DNA from: Promethearchaeota archaeon
Lineage (GTDB): Archaea; Asgardarchaeota; Lokiarchaeia; Sigyniarchaeales; SOKP01
Direction: 5' to 3'
Assembly (NCBI GenBank): GCA_016840165.1
Contig: JAEOSU010000070.1
Span: 64,001 to 128,000, forward strand
DNA: 64,000 nt
Part shown: one piece after another, positions 60,011 to 64,000 of the stretch
Layout: each line of letters starts with the position of its first letter
How positions within the stretch are numbered: position 1 is the stretch's first letter
Notes under the pieces: model-generated
The model's input: only the letters and a program-made list of their open reading frames with translations
Told to the model about the DNA's origin: nothing
Databases searched by the model: none
Translations under genes and position numbers: made by a program

Positions 60011-61363
60011 TTAAATAGAATCTACTCTCGATTCTTTTTCTTTATGTAGTTCATATAATTTTGTTTTAATCTCTTCTACTCTTGCTTTTGGAAAGGGATA
60101 GAAATAGAGGCATAATAATAAGATTCCTAATGCAATACCCGGAATGACTATAAATAGTAATCGTAGTGCAAGTGTCATGTCAATCAAAGGATTATAAAGT
60201 TCCCAATCACTCTGAACAAATACTAAACCGATGGTAAATATGGATGCTATCATTGAGAGTCGCATGAAAAAGTTAGTGATACCAAAAAATGCTCCTTCAT
60301 GTCTTGTGCCTGTTTTTAGCTCATCCTCATCAATTACATCCGCAATGATTAGATAAATGTAATATATCATTCCCCCGAACCCTATGCCCATGAATAATGC
60401 TATTACTACTGCTATTTCATATATATTGATAAGCATCAATGGAAGAGATGCGAGAAAGTATGCAGTGACAGATAATGCTAAACCTTTTCTTGAGCCGATT
60501 TTAATATCTAACCATCTCCAAAGAATTACTGATAAAGCGCCCATTATATACATGATACCCATAATAATTGAGGTTTGAAACTCAGTGGCTCCCAAAACTT
60601 GTTTTCCGAATATCTGAACCAATGTAGCAAGAAGGAGGATAACATATTCATAGAGAAAGAATATGATTGTATAGAGTACAAATCCTTTATTTTTTAGAGA
60701 GTACTTTAAACCCTCAAAGAACTTAAAGGATTGTTGATAATCTAACTTAAACTCTCTTCGTTCCTTCACACCCCATTTTAATGCAATTATCAACGATATT
60801 CCTACTATTATCGATGTAACGACTCCATTTATTAAATAAGACATAGTATTGCTGTCTACAATAAAACCAGGGACTAATGCTGCCGCTAATAACCCTACAA
60901 CTGCAAGTAATTGTTTTATAGTGTTTACTTCTGAACGTTCCTTCACACTTGTATATAATTCTGGAAATAAGCTGTCGAATGGGAGTGCAATCATAGTATA
61001 AAAGGTGTCATAGCAAATCAACATAATTAATAAATAAATAAATATGGTAAGTTGATTATTTGTAGGAGGGAGCCATAAGATTATCTCTAATATTAACATT
61101 GGAATGATTCCTATCATGATGTAGGGTTTTCTACGACCCCATCGGGTGTTTGTACGGTCTGATAAATAGCCAATAAAAGGATCATTGAATGCATTCCATA
61201 AGGTCCATATGACAGCTGCAAGAACATACCACCTTATATCCAACCCTACAACTGTAAAGTAATAATAAAAGACCCAGATATTAAAAGCCGTATTGATAAA
61301 CCATTGAGCGAAAGAACCCGCACCAAAAGCCCATTTTTGACCTTTGCTAAATTTAGTACTCAT
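60011..61363 (-). CDS. GPH/MelB-like MFS transporter
   Basis: WNAFNDP..GYLSDRT.TRWGRRKPY, ADVIDEDE..TG.R.EG.F.G. Confidence 0.88.
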   Translation of the reverse strand: MSTKFSKGQKWAFGAGSFAQWFINTAFNIWVFYYYFTVVGLDIRWYVLAAVIWTLWNAFNDPFIGYLSDRTNTRWGRRKPYIMIGIIPMLILEIILWLPPTNNQLTIFIYLLIMLICYDTFYTMIALPFDSLFPELYTSVKERSEVNTIKQLLAVVGLLAAALVPGFIVDSNTMSYLINGVVTSIIVGISLIIALKWGVKERREFKLDYQQSFKFFEGLKYSLKNKGFVLYTIIFFLYEYVILLLATLVQIFGKQVLGATEFQTSIIMGIMYIMGALSVILWRWLDIKIGSRKGLALSVTAYFLASLPLMLINIYEIAVVIALFMGIGFGGMIYYIYLIIADVIDEDELKTGTRHEGAFFGITNFFMRLSMIASIFTIGLVFVQSDWELYNPLIDMTLALRLLFIVIPGIALGILLLCLYFYPFPKARVEEIKTKLYELHKEKESRVDSI

Positions 61364-61514
61364 TTTTTATTCATGTGAATTTATAGTAAATATTTCAGTA
61401 TAGTAATAAAATACACTATTTAAGAGTTGTTAAAAGAATAGTATTACTCTTTGTTAAATTAAATTATTAGATGAAAAGTCCTTCAAGAGCGCTCTATTCC
61501 TTATTAAAACACTT

Positions 61515-61730
61515 TTAAGGTTTAGAATATTTTTCGATAATATAATTTTGTAGACTCCAAGTGTACTTTTCAAGATTTAAGAGTAGTAACTTCTGTTCCA
61601 TTTCTCTTAAGTAGGATACATCTAGTTCCTTAAAAAGGTCTTTAAGACTCTCTATATTTTCAAAAATTTTATTGATGACTTTCCAATCATGTGCCCATTC
61701 TTTATCTTGAAGTGTTAAGTTGTCCATCAT
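61515..61730 (-). CDS. Small hypothetical helical protein
   Basis: 71-aa ORF with amphipathic helices in an intergenic gap. Confidence 0.6.
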   Translation of the reverse strand: MMDNLTLQDKEWAHDWKVINKIFENIESLKDLFKELDVSYLREMEQKLLLLNLEKYTWSLQNYIIEKYSKP

Positions 61731-61837
61731 TCCAAGTTTATTATGGTGGTTTAAATATATAAACGTTTAGTAATTCATAGTTTACTGATTTAAAAATAAT
61801 GAAAAATAATTTGATAAAAAAATTCGAAGAATTAAGG

Positions 61838-62371
61838 TTAAGCTCTTATAACGACCACATGAGCGAGATGTTGGGTAACTCTTAGACTTTGCCAGCCTTG
61901 ATCATTCTTTAGAAAGAGAATTCCAAAGATTACATCCAATACCAAAAAACCTGTAGCCTTCGTTAGATTATTTAATGCATACATAGAGGGGTCGGCAATT
62001 TCAAAATTTTCCTCATTAACCGTTCTAATTTTTATAAGTACTTTTCCGAGAGTTTGACCACTATTAAACGTTTCCAATAACCAAAAATACAAAAAGCCTA
62101 CAACGAAATTATAGGCATTTGTTAATAATAGTAAACTTCCGAAGTTGAGAAATATAGAGAGTGGTGATGAGATAGTAATCACAATGATAATATCTATAAG
62201 CCAAGCAAAGGCTCTCTGTAGAAAATCAGCGTATTCAATAGCAGAATCTTGAGATTTAAAAGAAGTTTTCTGAATATTAGGTCTTTTCGTTAGATTATAA
62301 CCACAGTTTGAACATCGATCCTTATTTTCATCTAATTTACTTCCACATTTAGGACAATAATTTAGTGCCAA
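61838..62371 (-). CDS. Zinc-ribbon + RDD family membrane protein
   Basis: CPKC..CSNC; YA.F.QR..A.LID, GQTLGK...IR.V. Confidence 0.85.
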   Translation of the reverse strand: MALNYCPKCGSKLDENKDRCSNCGYNLTKRPNIQKTSFKSQDSAIEYADFLQRAFAWLIDIIIVITISSPLSIFLNFGSLLLLTNAYNFVVGFLYFWLLETFNSGQTLGKVLIKIRTVNEENFEIADPSMYALNNLTKATGFLVLDVIFGILFLKNDQGWQSLRVTQHLAHVVVIRA

Positions 62372-62490
62372 AATTGCATCATTTTTTTGTTCTTTTATTT
62401 AAATATTTTAAAATTATTAAAGTAAAAAATTATTTCGAATATAATATTTATAGAGACCAATCTTCACGTTTATTGCTAGATTCCTTGAGC

Positions 62491-63639
62491 TTAAAGATAG
62501 AGTTGAAAATTTCTTTCTATTAAGTCTTTAGTTCCTTCAAATTCTGAAATATTAATTATTTTATTCAAGTCTTGAATATCATTTAATTCTTCTGAATATT
62601 TTTTTCCAAATTCTTCAGAAAAATTTTGAGACAAGGTTTCTACGATGGCATTCTTTTTGTTAGTACTTATCATCACCGCATAGCCTCCTTTATTTTCATA
62701 TAAAACAAGGATGTCAGAATTTTTTGTCTTAATTAGTTCTATTTTGTCTTCTTTATCTGTAAATTCGCTCAAAATATAATTCAAGCCAATTAATACATTC
62801 CCCCAGATTTTTGAATCATCCTGAAACTCAGTTTGCTTTTCAAATTGATAAGAATATAACAATATCCCTGACTTATGATAGATATTTACGGCATAGATCT
62901 TATTAGGGAGGATAAAAAACAATTCGGGTTTTGTAATTAATACAATATCAACAGCAAAATAGGTTATCCAAATCAATGTAATGTATAATTCTCGGTAAAT
63001 TGGAGCGCTAAATAAAATATATAGAATATACATAAAGGAAGGTAATGAATATATAATTGAATTAATGACTAATGGGAGGCTTTCTGTTTTATTTTTATAT
63101 TCAAAATTGATTTTAAGAGAAACATATAGAAGATACAATATAACCGTTATCTGAAATATTATGATAATGAATCCAGAAAAAAAATCAAAATAAAAGTTAA
63201 CTACAGAAGGATCTCCAAAAAAAAAAGGAATAGGATCAGATATTTGGATAGAATATTGAATAGAACCAGGTAATATAAGTATCCCGATTAACAATCCAAA
63301 CATCATTGCTAAGTATAAAAATGGAAAACTTTGTACTTTTCTATACTTTTTGAAGAAAGAGTAGATAATTGCATTAATTATTAAAGAAATAAATCCCGTA
63401 ATAATAGAACCCTTCCATAGAATGACACTCAAGTTATCAGATACATAAAAGAGAATCGAAAAGATAAAGAAAGTAGAGAATATTATCCCTCCATTAAAGA
63501 TTGCTGCAATATTTAAGTACATATTCAATTCTGTTCCATAAGCTATACGATTCCTTAAAATATGTGAAGTTGAGACTATAGTTATAATTGAAATGACGAT
63601 ATAACCAATGAAAAGTATAAAACCCGTTAAACTTAGCAT
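62491..63639 (-). CDS. About 7-TM membrane protein with C-terminal longin-like domain
   Basis: Seven hydrophobic segments, then IYAVNIYHKSGILLYSYQF...G.VL.GL..IL.E...F.EEF.KKY...F. Confidence 0.65.
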   Translation of the reverse strand: MLSLTGFILFIGYIVISIITIVSTSHILRNRIAYGTELNMYLNIAAIFNGGIIFSTFFIFSILFYVSDNLSVILWKGSIITGFISLIINAIIYSFFKKYRKVQSFPFLYLAMMFGLLIGILILPGSIQYSIQISDPIPFFFGDPSVVNFYFDFFSGFIIIIFQITVILYLLYVSLKINFEYKNKTESLPLVINSIIYSLPSFMYILYILFSAPIYRELYITLIWITYFAVDIVLITKPELFFILPNKIYAVNIYHKSGILLYSYQFEKQTEFQDDSKIWGNVLIGLNYILSEFTDKEDKIELIKTKNSDILVLYENKGGYAVMISTNKKNAIVETLSQNFSEEFGKKYSEELNDIQDLNKIINISEFEGTKDLIERNFQLYL

Positions 63640-64000
63640 AGTTATTAAGTTCTTTTATTAGTTTATTTTCTTATGTGGTTAAAGCTTTAACTTGAATTCT
63701 ATTCGCTTAATACCCTAAAAAATAAAAGTAAGATCTGGTATAAAAGCATTACCTCATAAAATATGTATATAAAAAAAATCAAATTTAATTACGGTTCATT
63801 TTTAGGATTTTTCAATTATATATCGCTTAAAACATTCATTGATTAGGAGTTTCGTCTCTGAAAACCTCGAAATATCAATTAATCCGTGAAGATTTACTAA
63901 ATAGTCTTTAAATCGCTTAGAAAATTTATGATTAAAATTACTAACTGAGTGCTCTAATGTAGCATTTTTATGTTTCGCAATTAATAAAATCGCATAACCA

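Noticed and set aside
2082-60578. Many short ORFs antisense to or nested in long genes (e.g. 2206-2427, 6725-7798, 16580-16897, 47061-47603, 51163-52967, 59225-59608)
   Set aside because: Shadow frames of well-supported genes with no motifs of their own
63700-64000. Recurrent TCGC(T/A)(T/A)A words in the terminal intergenic region, as possible origin or operator repeats
   Set aside because: Short, irregularly spaced, no ORB-like G-string, no cdc6 visible; context cut by window edge
1-64000. CRISPR arrays, IS elements, integrases at the tRNAs, rRNA
   Set aside because: No regularly spaced repeats, transposase/integrase motifs, tRNA 3'-end duplications or rRNA-like GC-rich tracts seen by eye

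Overview
AT-rich, gene-dense archaeal chromosomal segment. Gene content and style (Loki-CTERM-type sorting tails, small GTPase next to a longin/uDENN-like protein, gelsolin-like protein, 7TM-longin fusion, PAC2, NreA, BHB-type tRNA intron) point to an Asgard archaeon, most likely Lokiarchaeia/Promethearchaeota (inference, no database search run). About 60 CDS and 2 tRNAs: tRNA-Ala(GGC) with a 28-nt intron at non-canonical position 43/44, and tRNA-Leu(CAG). No CRISPR array, rRNA or mobile element was seen. Most notable observations: (1) a 1322-aa membrane-anchored subtilase whose whole architecture resembles eukaryotic Site-1 protease (MBTPS1); (2) four genes whose reading frames continue upstream of the called start with no ATG/GTG/TTG available, and which appear to start at ATA codons; (3) a GTPase plus longin-wHTH gene pair; (4) an ECF-transporter operon with molybdopterin-oxidoreductase-fold proteins lacking the Mo-ligand Cys and a DOMON-type heme protein, followed by MoxR-vWA; (5) a non-pyrrolysine MttB/corrinoid/PLP-lyase locus; (6) a pair of translationally coupled coiled-coil/winged-helix proteins; (7) a near-identical zinc-ribbon tail on two unrelated membrane proteins. 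All family assignments come from motif recognition by eye.
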